Part shown: positions 48,501 through 62,660 of the stretch, in pieces | Layout: the number at the start of each line of letters is the position of its first letter | How positions within the stretch are numbered: the stretch's first letter is position 1 | DNA from: Dipteris shenzhenensis | Lineage: Eukaryota | Strand: one strand, 5' to 3' | Assembly: GCA_047967505.1 (NCBI GenBank) | Contig: CM106538.1 | Length of the DNA: 64,000 bases | Notes under the pieces: generated by a model | Seen by the model: only the letters and a program-made list of their open reading frames with translations | Told to the model about the DNA's origin: nothing | The model's database searches: none | Position numbers and translations under genes: made by a program

Positions 48501-51500
48501 TTGATCTCTAGTTTGGATGAAAATCATTGGACTCTAGCTTTTTATGTTTTGAGGATGTCCTTAGACTCCATTTTTACTATGTAAATGGATTCATTTAACT
48601 TAGCATTTAAAATGATGTTTGAAATTTATGATTTCCTATGTCAACTTCCATCTCTAAAAATTTCTAATCATTGAAGTTTTTCAAAGGACTCTTGTACCTC
48701 CCTTAGGACTCTTAACCTAAAGCTTTGGAATTTATAATAGCTACAAAGTCAAAAGCATTTGTGGGGGTAGTTTTTATCATGATCTTATTCAAAAGTAGAA
48801 AACACCCACAGACTAGTAGCTTTTTTGGTTAAGTCAATTTTTTTACATTAAGGCAATTTATTCCATTGTTTGAGAGGTCATGGATGTATCCACAAATCTT
48901 GACATGTAAATGAAATGTTCATTAGTGAACCTAAAGCTTGAAAAAATTAGATTGTAAAGGCATTCTACAAGGGATCATAAAATTGTTTATAAATCATTAG
49001 ACCAAATTTTATGCAAGAGGTAAAAGCTAGCATCTAGATCCACTCAATTTCCACATTGCTATGTACATGAATGTTATGACATGTTGCACCATGTGTGACC
49101 TGGCTGGCGGTTCACCCCATGTTGGGTTAGACATTATGAGGTGCCAAAAGGTTTAGGGTCATATTTATATAAAAAATAGATTGTCCACAACAATATGGTG
49201 TAGGATCCAAAAGGTTTAGGTTAAATCTAATGTTAGAATACATTTATACATTTCTAGTGTATAAGGGACATAAATTGTTACCTCAACCTTTTGGTTTCTT
49301 TCTCTGTCTTTTCTTGCATGCCTTTCCATTTAACCATAAGGCTTGGAGATACAACTAGAGCAAATGTAGTGTTTGATGGTGAATCAAAGGGGACCTGATT
49401 TATGACTTAAACTATTTGGTCTAAGAGTTGTGGGGAGGAGGGCTTATTAGGGGCAAGATCAACCTCAAAATGTGATTAGTGCAAGGGGGGAAAAGGGTGG
49501 GGATTTTTGGGATCCCAAAGGGCAAGGTTTTGGGGGGGGAAATTGAAGTAAGAAAGCATTCTCCTATTATGCTATGCTCCGTTCCACCACCAAGAATCTA
49601 ATCTACTCTTCTTCTCCATCTTCTCCAAGGCTGCTCAATTTATCTAAGGTTCTATTCTATCCTCTCTAAGGCCTTTTTATCCTCTCCACAATCTTGTCTA
49701 TAAGCTGCTCTCTGCTCTCTTGTTGTTGTTGGCTGACCACAACTACCTTCTTTTGGAATTGAACTCAATTTTAGGTGTTGATGCCGTCTATGGAGATGTC
49801 ATATTAGCTAGTTTATGCTATGCTTCATAAAAGTTTTGGTTTTCAACCTTGTAGATGACACCATCATTGTTTTAGATCATGAGTTTGGACGTGTTCTTGG
49901 ATTCATCTCTTAGAAGATCAGGCATATACCACTCTTGACCTTGATAGCATGCTAGAACACAATGATTGCTAATTGATTGTCTACCCTATGCACTGCACTG
50001 GAACAAATGCAAACCAAAGGAAGGACTTTGAACCAAAGGGACATGTGTTACTCTCATGGACACTCAGACCTCATGCAATGAGCAATCAATCTCGTGCAAG
50101 AGAACCTTACACAAGTACTCCCTCCAAGTCTGGCCCTCTAGGCCTCAAAGGCTAGCTTACCAAAGTTCTATTAAACAACTGACCAAGCTACCAAACTACC
50201 TTATGGTAGGTCTTGTTAGTGTGTGGTCACCTCCCCATCTATCATCCCCAAATAGAGGATATCAAAGGGTAGGCATACTTGTGTATGTTAGATGACATGT
50301 GGGCATTGTTTTGGGATGCTACATGGGTGGATCTGACATGGAATATAGAGCTACCACATGGACAACACATTTGTTATCATGTGGGAAGCATATAGATAAA
50401 CAAAACACAAGAAAAGGGGCTACCACATCGGCAACACATAAGGTTGCCATGTGGGTGCTATAATCAAAAGAATACCTTGCCATGAGTAGAGGTCCTGGTG
50501 GAGAGATTTGGTACGAAGTAGAAAAGTGGCCAAGTATGGACTGGTTGAAGCAATCTAGAGGAGATCAAGAGGTTGACATTTTGGAGTAGATAAATTTAGA
50601 TGTAGCAAATTGGGATGGTCAAGAACTATTTGGGATTGTAGGCACCTACACAATAATTTGTACCAGTGCTTGTAGCAATACTCGATGGAGAGGGAGTAGT
50701 GATTTCAAGGTTGGAACAAGTTGAGAAGTATGCAGAGATGCCAAGGGAAATATGCAACTATTAGGTTAACAGTCCCAGGCCAGCAAAAAAGCCAGAAGGT
50801 GATATGGGCTGGGACATTCGTAATTAGCTACATGGCCAAGTGGGTTAGCAAATGCAAGTTAGGGCCATCCAACCAAGTTGGCCCCCACATACCAATATGT
50901 CAAGTGGGTGGGGCCACTTCGACGACCATTCTAGGCTATTGGGTTTACCAAATTTTGGGCTATAGGCCCTTATAAAAAGAGTCCTTTGGGAGTTCATCCC
51001 TACATAAAATTTGAAGCAGGTTGGAGCTGCAAAGAGCATCTCTCAACTTCATTTATTGGAGCACACACGTGCAGCAAAAGGGAGGTGGCTATTGTAGGGA
51101 TCAAAGAGCTCAAAATTCTTCATTTTTTGGCTATCTTCTAGGGTAGCAAGTTGCTTCTAGGACCAAATCTTATAGCTAAAAATCTTGTTGAATTTTGACC
51201 TCATGAATGGCTAATTTGTACTTTTATATCATTGGAATTATTGTGCCCATTTGATGTTTCATGAGCACTTAGAGATAGGGGTATGATAAGGGAGGTGGAT
51301 TAGTGATTTTGTACTGAACCATGTAATCCTCAATGCAAGGAAATTGCCTCTTAGATAGTGCATGAGAGTGTTGAGATATCGAGCTCCACTCGCGATATGC
51401 CAGGGTGACTGTTGTGTATTTATGTCACCGACTTGTTAGCTGGAGATGCGGTTGGTACACCGCCCACGAATAATAGTTGGATGACAGCTATCCTTATCTA

Positions 51501-51840
51501 CTCTAGTTTGTGGCTCAGTTAGTATGCCACCTTAGTTAGTTGAGTTTGGTTTGAGACCCACATATAGGGTTCTTCTATTTTCTTTGTATTTGAGTTATTT
51601 TGGCTTTCACAACTAAGAAGAGGAAAACTGTTTTCAGCCTCCACCTTTGTGTGTATTCCCCCATTGTGCTTGTGAGAAAGCCTCAAGTGAGACTCCTTCC
51701 CTCTCTCCCACTATCTTGACATGGTATCAGAGCCTTGTTCGTGGTAAGGAGCTCAAGAAAGCAAACCAAGTTCGCAGTGTCCTGGTAAGAGGACCAGTGT
51801 TGCTTTCCTTTTTCGAGTTTGGGAGCAAATCTCTGCAGGT
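48500..51840 (+). mobile_element. Long LTR-like non-coding segment ending in CA plus tRNA-iMet PBS; internal region lost
   Basis: ...TCTTGACA at 51721 followed by TGGTATCAGAGC (51722-51733); TATA-like CTTATAAAAAG at about 50969; left boundary approximate. Confidence 0.55.
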
Positions 51841-51859
51841 AGCACAGCCAGAAGTGCAA

Positions 51860-52281
51860 GAGTGCACTGTCTCACCACTTTGGAACAGCATCTATTTGAA
51901 ATAGTGTGGCATCTGGTAAGTTGTCTTCTATCCCAGTGGCTTCTTTTCCCGACTTGACACGAGATGTGATCGGCAATGTAGTGTTGGGCACCCTTGCGGA
52001 CCACTATTTTGAAGTTGAATTCTTGAAGCAAGAGGAGCCATCTGGTTATTCTTCTTGTTGTACACGGACGGTTCACAAGATAAAGCAATGCTTGATGGTC
52101 GGTGTAGAAGACAAAATCATTTGCCCCAGTAGATAGTGCAAAAATTTCTTTACACTATACATCATTGCTAGGGCTTCTCTTTCTGTGGTGGTATAGTTGA
52201 TCTCTGCATCATTGAGTTGTCGACTCGTGAAGTAGAATGGGTAGTCTTTCTTATGTTCACCAGGTTGACAAAGCACACTCC
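51860..52281 (-). pseudogene. Ty3/Gypsy RNase H fragment
   Basis: YFTSRQLNDAEINYTTTEREALAMMYSVKKFLHYLLG and RITRWLLLLQEFNFKIVVRKGAQHYIADHIS. Confidence 0.88.
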
Positions 52282-54022
52282 CACTACTACACATGGATCC
52301 TATTGCGACGTTTACGTACCGACGTTTAGCGCTCGCTTAGCGTTAATCGTCGGTATGAAAAGCGGGTTTCGTAAATTGTCGCTATATAGCGACTGTTGCT
52401 GAAAGTCGCTATATAGCGACACTGATACAAAATATTATAGCGACGTTTTTACAGATAGGTTTTTTTTTTTTTAAAGGCCTTAAAAGTTAGTTTTTTCCAA
52501 TGATAAATTTTTTTAAATTTTCATACATGTTTGAGCTCATAGAGAATTAAAAAATGAGAGCATGTACATCAAGCCTTTGAAGCTCATATATTCATGTCTA
52601 AGTTTGAGATGAGAAAAATCAAATAAGAGCATTTACATCAACTGTTTCATCTTGAGCCAAGTCTAAGGCACCAAGCAAGTCTATCTCTAACTCTATACCG
52701 AGTTGATCTCCTATATCATCATCGTACGCTAGCATCGTACTTTCACCTAAAAGTATTTGATCATCTTCTTTAATAAAGCTTAAGTGTGGTGATTGATCTT
52801 GATGATTGTTGTCTTCTTCGTCAATATCGTGATCTCCATCCTCCTCCCATGCGATGTCATTATGCGCATCTTCCTCTTGGCTCATATGGTGATCTACATC
52901 TTTTTCGCTAGATTCATCAATTGGATCCGGCATTGGTAGTGGCATCTCCATATCCACATCTCGATCTTCAAAAATTTGCTTACTTCGTGGTGCAACTTGG
53001 ATCACATACCACCATCTTGGATCAGAACGATCCGGATGAAAAACCACCTATATTGAAGATGGGTGACAAATGTTGTCAATTATATATATGAAATTATGCT
53101 CAAGTACATGTATCAATGGACTTTAAAAACGAAAGCTTCGACTAATTAAATCATTAGTATGCACCTGCTCACAGTGCTCGGGAAGAACAAAAGTATCACT
53201 TTCATCGGTTCAATGTTTGGTGGAGTCTATTGCAAAGAGACCGCTACTATCTTTTCTCACTGTCACATGGGGACCGTTGTAAGTAGTTCTAAACCATTTT
53301 ACATCAAGAATGAAAATAGTAAATCGTCTGAAATCAATTTCATAGATGTCGCGTATGGTTCCACAATAATCCAACTGTGAGGAGAGAAGATTGGTATCCG
53401 AAGCACTTTCTCGGCTATCTTGTGTGAAGTTAGCCATGACTCCACAATCATACATGACTCTCTTTGAATCGATGCGTTCCATGTGAAAATGTCGTCCATA
53501 TGACCATAATGCACTGTACTTTTTGTACTGTAAAAGAGCATCATTAAAACAATGAAGATGCACCTATTTCATAGCATATATCGCCACAAATAATTACTTA
53601 ATTACGTCAAGAGATAAGAAACTTACATGCATCATGCATCCAGATGATAACTCTCGCTCGCGCTCGTTTATTGTCTCTCCATCACGTTCGGCTTTACGTA
53701 GAGCCAGTTGTAGCCAATCAAGTGACATGTGAGTAGGGAGAAGAGCCAGATCTCATGGATATGGTTGTGATCGCCTGTACATTACTCTGAATCTCGTCCT
53801 TGCATTTATTCTTTCTGCTTTGGCCACTTCATATCTCTCAATCCACTTCTGCATCTCAGGGCTATTGAGGATACAAAACTTATTGAATTTCTCCATTTTC
53901 TCTTCGCTCATCTTTCTTTCAATCCCTTTTCCTTGGGGAACCTCGCCAACGATGCGATCATCATCCTTGTTGTGCCAAGCTTGCGGCATATCAGGATTTG
54001 TGGATGCAAGAAATAGTTGCAT
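52282..54022 (-). mobile_element. Truncated canonical CACTA element (3' end with DUF4218/DUF4216-like transposase exons)
   Basis: CACTACTACACATGG at 52282; perfect palindromes GTCGCTATATAGCGAC at 52378-52393 and 52405-52420; DYCGTIRDIYEIDFRRF..LDVKWF, VPQGKG..FCILNS, RWWYVIQVAPRSK. Confidence 0.88.
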
Positions 54023-54029
54023 CTTTCAC

Positions 54030-55310
54030 AAGCACCCCTAGCTCCAAGACTGAATCATGTTCCTGTCCGGACCCAAGTCCCACAATTACTTAGGAATACA
54101 AATCCATGACCATATCCAAGAGCACCAAATCTAGCTCCTCTGATGGCTCCAATACAACAACTTCAAGCCGGAGGAGGTGGATTCACAATTCGAGTATGAA
54201 GTTGAGTACCCAGTGTACTATGTGGAAGGAGCAGAAGGTTTAATACTTGTCTATGCAAATCAAGTTTTTCCCAACAAATATCGAGTGCCAATCAAGTGCT
54301 GCTGTTTGGAGAGAATCATCGGATCACAGAGTGTCCTCATCGTGGTAGCCCCAATACTTTTCAACCACACTGTAGAGATTGTGGCATTGGACATGCATGT
54401 ATGGATTGCCCCATGAAAAATAAGGTCCCACAACAAAATGAGGCTAAGCTTGATGTCCCAATCAACATTATTGGGATGGACCATCAAAGTCTAGGACCGG
54501 CAAGTATATTATCATAACCCATGAATGTAATTACATGCCAAGGGTCCTAATGTTACAATTCAATCAAGGGTCTTAATATTCTAATTCAATCAAGAAGACC
54601 TCTGCAAAAGAAAGCACAAGTGCTTATACCTCCGAGCCGAAGCAATGAACAACCAAGTTCATTCACATCAGCTTCTGATCCTCAAATAAAAGAAGCTCCA
54701 TATCCTAACGTAAAAATGGAGGAGGATCAATTTCAAGCACTTCAACAATGGGTGCATAAAGAACAAGCTCAATTCGAGGCTGAGAAGCAAACACAAGATC
54801 CAATCCCTAACTTGGCGAGGGCCCCAGCAAGTATTGACATTGTCCTCGAGCCTTTGTTCCAGCAAACAATAAGATCCACAACATAATGTACCAGCATGCC
54901 AACTTGAAGGTGCCACACTCTCTAGCATTCTAAGTTGCCCAGTGTCAATTCCCATTGGGATCCTCTTACAAAATTGTTCCCATCTCTGGGAGAGTTTCAA
55001 AGGATGGATTGAATTAGTAAATCCCCCTCTACCTATGGAATACATAGAAGATATCCCTGTGCAGATGCGTGAGAGAGATGACATACACAACATCACCATG
55101 TCTTTGATCCATAAAGCATATGATGCAGTCCATGCCATAGTGGATGGTGGTGTAGTTGTGAATGTCATATCCAAGGAGCTCTATGATGAATGGGGTCTCC
55201 CACCAATGCAAAATGCTAACTTCAACACACGCCTTGCAGATGATTCACGTGCAAAGCCCTTGGGAATAGTGAATGGACTGTCAACAAAAGTCACAGGAGT
55301 CCACTTTTCT
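54030..55310 (+). pseudogene. Ty3/Gypsy gag zinc-knuckle and aspartic protease remnant
   Basis: ENHRITECP / CRDCGIGHACMDCP knuckles; AIVDGGVVVNVISKELYDEWGL..RLADDSRAKPLG retropepsin-like motif. Confidence 0.78.
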
Positions 55311-55329
55311 CTAGTCTTGGATTCCAATT

Positions 55330-55543
55330 TTTATAGACTCTTAGAAATCAAATTGAAGTTAAAATCTTAGACATTCACAAGTCTTGGATTCCAATTTCCA
55401 TATATGATTTCTAAGTTGTGTTAGATTTTTGAAGTTGGCATGTCCATATATTTTATGCCATAATTTTGAAAGCTCATTTGCAGCCTCCTGACATAGATTG
55501 ATAGCATTGAACGATGATCTAGTACTGATGCGAGCATTATATA
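55330..55543 (-). pseudogene. Ty1/Copia GAG-pre-integrase remnant (target of copy B; probably continues after 63115)
   Basis: SKLWHKIYGHANFKNLTQL matches the LWHxRLGHxN pattern. Confidence 0.6.
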
Positions 55544-56109
55544 CACAACAAGACAAAGCACCCATAGACGCGCACACAGACGCATTTCGTGAACTAAATA
55601 AAAAACTTACGGGTGCATCTATTTTTGCGTCTGGAGACCCACGTCTAATTGCGCGTCTATATATCAGACACACGTGCGTATAGACGCACAGTTAGACGCA
55701 TACATAGACACACTTATAAACGCGTTTATAGACGCACATATAGCCGCAAGTTGAATAGACATACACATATATAAATGCGTTTTTAAACGCACTGATAGAT
55801 GCGCTTTATTTATTTATTTATTTATTTACAGAATACTGTGTATGTTGTGTATGCTATATAGTTACAAGAATCCCATATCCACATTGTGTAATTCAATTCT
55901 TACAGCCAACCGTATTTTAATTACAATTCCAAATAAAACATTACAACTCCAAAATGCAATAAAATTGAAAGCTCAAAAAGTGCTTGTATATACATATAGC
56001 ACGAAGCTAAGCCATGTCATGTGGCTTCAAGTACAAAAAATAAGAGGAGTGTATATACAAGAGGCACAAAGCCAAGCCAGTGGCTTTAAGTACAAAAAAG
56101 AGTAGCTAG

Positions 56110-57585
56110 CAATACTTATATGACTAATCTATGTTCTCCAGGTCCTTGCTCCCTTCCACGCTCCCTTCTGCGCTCCCTTCTGCACCTCCTTCCTCCTCTT
56201 CCTCATTGTCTTGTGCACGGGCCTGTAAACAAGGGACAACATATATCAATGTATGAAAAATCAAATCTTTACTTATAGTTTTGGCATTATTTAATTACTT
56301 TCAAATACCTGGGGGGCCGCTCCAGTAGCTCGGGTATACTGCTCCTCAGTAATCAACCCGTCATCATAGAAGTGCCTCCATGTATCTCCTCTGCGATGGT
56401 GGTGGTGGTAGGCTGTCTCCACTGGAGTAGGGTATCTGCCCACAATCTCAAGCTGCATGACCGCGACACACTTTGCGGAGGGATTAGTACAAAGAAACAA
56501 CCAACCTCCTAATAAACTACATAAGCAATATAATTTGAGATCGATACTTACAAATTGGGCCTCCCATGATTCAACACCCCCTACTCCAAAATGCGCGCTT
56601 CCATATTCCTCCATCTGGATCCTCCGTGCCTCCACATGCTGCAGACTGGGGTCCTCCCTCGCTGACTTCATTGCCTTCTTCCACTCACGCTTGTGAGCGG
56701 TGTGGGGCGGGCCTCTTGGTGGTTGACCTGCCTCAAGCCTGGCAAGCTCCGCTAGTGCCTGCCTCTTGAGCGAAGATCTTTTATTGCTAAGTATCGTAAC
56801 AATCTTTGACTTCCCCCATTTATCTGTGAACTGGCGATTGGGGGGGTTAGGATACCTAGAGCGAACAGTAGCGAGGGTCTCATCAGCCAACCTCTTTGGG
56901 TGGTCTTTGTAGTGGATAAAGCAATCTCTGTAATTGTTAGCAATTACAGAGTGCATGAAGGCCATGATGTCCTTCCCCTGTGCATCCATCAAGATGCCTC
57001 CTGTCTAAGTGATGTCATAATAAATCGTACCATCACCCAGAGGCATGTCTAAATCATCTGAATCATCATCCTCCCCATCGCCACATGGCCCAAAGCACTG
57101 TGCCATGCATCCCCCACCGCTCTCCCTGCTACTACACCTACTACCCTGTCGTGTCGAGCTCGTACGCTGGCCACTCGTAGCTAGGGACTGCACGGGACTA
57201 CGCTGACCACTCGTAGCTAGAGAACCGAGTCTCGACGGCACAGAAGTATGTCGATGGCTCATCGAGATAGAAGGACCTCCTGACGGCATGGGGGAAGGGG
57301 CATAAGACGGGATGGCAGAAGGGACATAAGACGGCATGGGGGAAGGGGCATAAGATGGTACGGGGGAAGGGGCATAAGACAGCTGTGCTGACTCCACTAG
57401 GGTGATCTCAGGCGGTGTGGGGTGGCTTGGAGTCTATAGTGCTGACTCCTGGGGAGTGTTTAGAGTACCCGTCATATACCCGTATAACTCCACAGGACTA
57501 GGAGGGTGCCCTAAAAGGTTATATAAGTCCTTCAAAATAGATTCCCGAGGATCAGGTGAGCTAGAAGCGCTTCCTGGCCACATGT
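56110..57585 (-). pseudogene. Second (TnpA-like) gene of copy B
   Basis: ORFs 57005-57397 and 56291-56992, separated by a TAG (CAG in copy A); close homologue of 8953-10560 without the 130-bp duplication. Confidence 0.78.
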
Positions 57586-58267
57586 TGAACTGGAAAAAAG
57601 GAAAAAAATCTATTACTGATGAGCTGAGAAGAAAGGGGAAGAAAAGAGAGGCTTACTATCAGAGCACATCTATAGACACATCTGATTTGCACGTCTATAG
57701 ACGCGTCTAATAGAGCATCTAACAACTCGTCTAACAGAGCGTCTAACAGAGCGTCTAAATGGATACGAGAAAGTACAAATCTGGAGAGAGCAAACTTCCA
57801 AACAAGATCAACTGCAAAAAGACTTACTTGGATAGAGGTATGGAAGGTTCTTCTTTCTTTTTCAAAGTTGCTTCTCCTCCTTGTTCATCCTCCTCTCCTT
57901 TAAGCTTAGAAGTAAGTGTGGGTGCCTTTCTCTTGAGTGTAAGCTTGGAAGTAAGTATGGGAGCCTCCCTCTTAAGCGTCGAAACTATGGATCTGTTAAT
58001 AAAGAAGGAAGCAAGCCACGCGAAGTATAAGTAATGTGAAGAAAAGCAAAGCGAACGGCATGCCGAAAAGCAGGTTTAAAAGCCGCATCTATAGTCGCAT
58101 CTAATAGCGTGTCTATAGGCGTGTCTAAATACACAGAGTAGATGCGTGTTTAGATGCACCATTAAACGCGATTTTAGACGCGACTATAAACACGGCTATA
58201 GGCGCGCCACAGAGTTTAAATTAAACATTTGAAGAAGAGCAAATTTGGTGGGTTGTTTATTTGTAGG

Positions 58268-61200
58268 ATGTCTTCATCTTCAACAAGTAGCTCCAGTGAG
58301 GATGAATCCCTCCGTATCCACCATCGCGAAATGTGGTTGGAGCAAAAAATCAAATGTCTGTGTGATCAATGTCGAGGAAACATGTATCGTGCACACAGGA
58401 TTACACTCAATCATATCTCAAAGTATGGAGAATGGGATGTGATCGTAAACAGGGTAAGGGTTTGTAAGTTAAGGTTGATTGAGATACCTATGGGTGTTCA
58501 TATGTTTGAGTTATGATCCCGTTTTAATTTGATACAGGATGCAGTGCCACACCCGCATATGTTACCCTATGCCCATCGTGAGGAGGCGAAGCGTCAGCGA
58601 TATGAGGTGGGATCTTCAGGAGGGACCGTTACGGATGCATGGAGTGATGGTGATAGTAGCCCTCTGCCATTACCTCTTGAAGCCATGGAGGAGGAGGTGT
58701 TTGATGATATGGTGCGGGATTTATATGTCCATCAAGGGAGGGATAATAGCATGGAGCAGGATGATCTTTTTACTACAGCATCGACTCCACTGTTTGAGGG
58801 GTGCACATTCTCTATTCTACGTGCCTCCCTTGAGTTACTAAACTTGCAAACCATCTATGGATGGAGCAATGCAAGTTTGAATGCATTACTCAAGTAAGCT
58901 TTAAAGTCGATTTTGCAAACATGGTGAATTGTGCTACTCGAATGCTTTTCCTCATTTATGGTCTTCACGTGCAGGCTATTGTGTAAAATGCTTCCAAGGG
59001 AGAATAAACTACCGACCTCAAGAGATATGGCAAGGCAACATGTGACCTCTCTTGGAGGATTAGATTACAAGCGCATCCATGCATGTGTCAATGATTGCGT
59101 TTTGTTTCGTGGACTACATAAGGATGCAAGAGAGTGTCCTACTTGTGGAGAGGCAAGATATAGAGCAGATCTCAAAACCTTGGACGTGCCTCGTAAGGTA
59201 TTACAACATTTTTCCATAATCCCTCGCATCTAACATATGTTCAAGTGCAAATCTATTGCAGAGCTCATGTCATGGCATTCCTCCCATCGATCAACTGATG
59301 GCAAGTGGAGAACTCCCGCGGAGTCTCCTGCGTGGAAGCATATTGAAGACACATGGCCAAGCTTCAAGGAAGAACCTAGGAGCTTGAGACTTGGATTGGG
59401 TATGGGAGGTGTGAACCCATTTGGTCTCAAAAGCATGTATTACAGTGTATGGCCAGTGGTATTGGTGAATTACAATCTTCCACCCTCTATGGCTATTAAG
59501 AAAGGCCATGTCATGCTGTCCCTTCTAATTCCAGGGAAACATAAAGTCAAAAACCCTGATGTTTATTTGGAGCCTTTGATTGATGAGCTAGAGATACTTT
59601 GGAGAGGTATCGAGGTGCATGATGTGAGCAGGCCTCCCTCATCATGAGACTTCAATTGCAAAGCAGTCTTGATGTGGACGATGCATGACTTCCCAGGCTA
59701 TGGCGAGTGTTCAGGTAAGCATTGCATTTTTAATTAAGAATAAGCAAAGGATGTGGCACTCTAAACCCACCTTCCACTCTTAATTGCATCTATTGTTCAG
59801 GTCTCACTACATCGGGTTACCATGCATGTCCTGTTTGTGGTCCTTCGCTAGTTGCCTAACGGGCAGACGCATTGAATAAGGTCATCTATGAGAATCACCA
59901 TCGATTTCTCCCACCTGATCATCCTAGATATGTTGCCCCTTCGAATGAAGTCCTCCCACAATCACTCACCGCGGGAGATTGGATGAGAATTTGGGACGGT
60001 TTTACAACTCCTCCACCACTTGGCATGAGCCGGTAAGGGTTTGTAACTATTGGCTGGAAGTAAAGATTGGCTATATTGGCTGAAAGTAAAGACTGCACGC
60101 TAACACTTTATTTTGTTACCATTTGGGAGCATTTGAATGGGACACGAGATTCGACAGGCATAAGGGAGGATCTACGTACCATAGGGAGGATGCATGAAGC
60201 TTGGCCTCAAGAGAGACCAATGGGCGTGTTTTTTTACCTCGTGTACCGTGGATGTTATCAAAGCTAGAGATTGCGACGGTGAAGCACGCTATTACTACAA
60301 TTCGTACTCCCACTCGATGCATGAGGTGTTTGAAGGGAGCCTTTATAAAGAGCAAGAAAAGAGGTGTAGAGCAATTATATGGCTTGAAATCTCATGATTG
60401 GCACAAGATGCTCCAAGTAAGTATTTTATGTGCATGATATCTTTTTCCTTTCAAATTGTGAGTGAATAGCTATAAGCAACTAATCAACCACCTCCTCGCG
60501 GGTTCAGTTCATACTACCTACTAGCATTTCACGTAGTGCATCGAAGGACATGAAAGATTGTATTTACAAGATGGGCGAGCTTGTGAGGTATGTGAGCTCA
60601 AAGGAAATAGATCCCACCATGCTTGAGAATGCTCGAGTTATGTCAGTGGAGGCGGTTTGTTTAGTGGAGGAGACATTTCCACATTCTATTCTCACAAGCC
60701 AACTACATCTCATAGTGCATTTGGTGGATGAGATTGCTATATGCGGTATTATACATGCACGATGGTTGTTCTTCCTCGAGCGCTTCATGAAGACCTTGAA
60801 GGGCTTCGTGAGACAAAATGCAAGACCCGAAGGTATCATGGCCGAGGGTTGGTTGGTACAAGAGTCACTTGTATATATTTCTGAGTTTCTTGTTGATGTG
60901 GATAGCTCTCTCCCACGACTATGGAGAGATGATGAAGACCTAAGGATGACCTCTATTGTGCCTCAAGGGAAAGGACGCAACAAAGTAATAGACACAGAGT
61001 TGCATAATAGTATCAACCTCTTTTGCGTGCTTAATAGTGATATGATGAAAAGATGGGTGACAAGATACGAAGATGCAAAGGCAAGAAGACAAGAAGAAAG
61101 GGCCCTCTTTCGTACACACCACGGATCTCGTGTGCCATACCCTCAGCATCTAAGAGCACTTCCAAAGGATATTCATGTGGATTGGCTACTTGATGAAATG

Positions 61201-62660
61201 GAGAATGTAGAGAAAGACAAGGGGATGCATATCACAATGGAAGAATGGGAGTATGCTAGGGGATGCATGAGCAAGGTCGGTATATAGAATGTTATGCATA
61301 AGTTAGGAGCTTTCAATAAATTGCTTATTTAATTGATTTTTTCTTGGTATAGTGCACTATGTTCAATGCTATATGGTGTGAGGGCAAGCATTTTCGAACA
61401 CAACGGATTGATGATAAGAGAAACACACAAGATTGCGGCGTCATTGCTAGCTTTGAGGGAGCCAATGGAGCCATGGATGATTATTGTGGCATAATCAAAG
61501 ATATTATTATGCTTGACTTTCGACGCTTCTTTGTGTATGTTTTGGATGTAAAGTGGTTTAAGGACGTGGTGGAAAGAGGACCTAATGCAACAATCAAACA
61601 CCATGCAAGTGGCTTTGTAACTATTGACTCCACAAAGTTTTGGCCAAGTAGGAAGGACACACTAGTACTACCGCAACAATGTGAATAGGTACTATGCACA
61701 CATATAAAAATACTCGCTTTTAAATATTTGATGCAAGAAAAGTAACATGATTGTATTTGTGTTTGAATTAGGTTTTCTATCAACCAATGGTGGATAATAA
61801 TAGATGGTGGCATGTCATACCTATTATGCCACGTTCCAAAGTGATGTATAGTATTTAATTGATTTTTTCTTGGTATAGTGCACTATGTTCGATGCTATAT
61901 GGTGTGAGGGCAAGCATTTTCGAACACAACGGATTGATGATAAGAGAAACACACAAGATTGCGGCGTCATTGCTAGCTTTGAGGGAGCCAATGGAGCCAT
62001 GGATGATTATTGTGGCATAATCCAAGATATTATTATGCTTGACTTTCGACGCTTCTTTGTGTATGTTTTGGATGTAAAGTGGTTTAAGGACGTGGTGGAA
62101 AGAGGCCCTAATGCAACAATCAAACACCATGCAAGTGGCTTTGTAACTATTGACTCCACAAAGTTTTGGCAAAGTAGGAAGGACACACTAGTACTACCGC
62201 AACAATGTGAACAGGTACTGTGCACACATATAAAAATACTCGCTTTTAAATATTTGATGCAAGAAAAGTAACATGATTGTATTTGTGTTTGAATTAGGTT
62301 GTCTATCAACCAATGGTGGATAATAATAGATGGTGGCATGTCATACCTATTATGCCATCATGTTCCAAAGTGATGTATAGTACATTTACTAATATGGAGC
62401 GTATGGAGGATGATCATGGCCATGGACGTGATGATGACGGTGATACAAGAGAGGAGGATGATCATGAGATAGGAGATACAGATATTGAGGCCATTACCCG
62501 TGAGGATGAGCCTACCATTCGAGATGCTGATTTCGATGAGCACATGAGTGGCACAAGTAGTAGTGGGTTGAATGTATTTGTAGATCTTAACACTTGTTTG
62601 GATTTTGAAGTAGATAGTTTGGCAAGGGTTGATCTCATTGAGGATGAGATTGAACCGTAG
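58268..62660 (+). pseudogene. Tnp2-type transposase of copy B with nonsense mutations, a deletion and a 526-bp duplication
   Basis: Same motifs as copy A; stops at about 59231 and 59645; YSIFYRLPYW..DPMHIFKNV segment deleted at about 60118; DUF4216-like exon duplicated (61359 vs 61885). Confidence 0.92.
61328..62385. repeat. 526-bp tandem duplication inside copy B
   Basis: TTTAATTGATTTTTTCTTGGTATAGTGCACTATGTTC at about 61328 and 61854; near-identical ORFs offset by 526. Confidence 0.95.
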
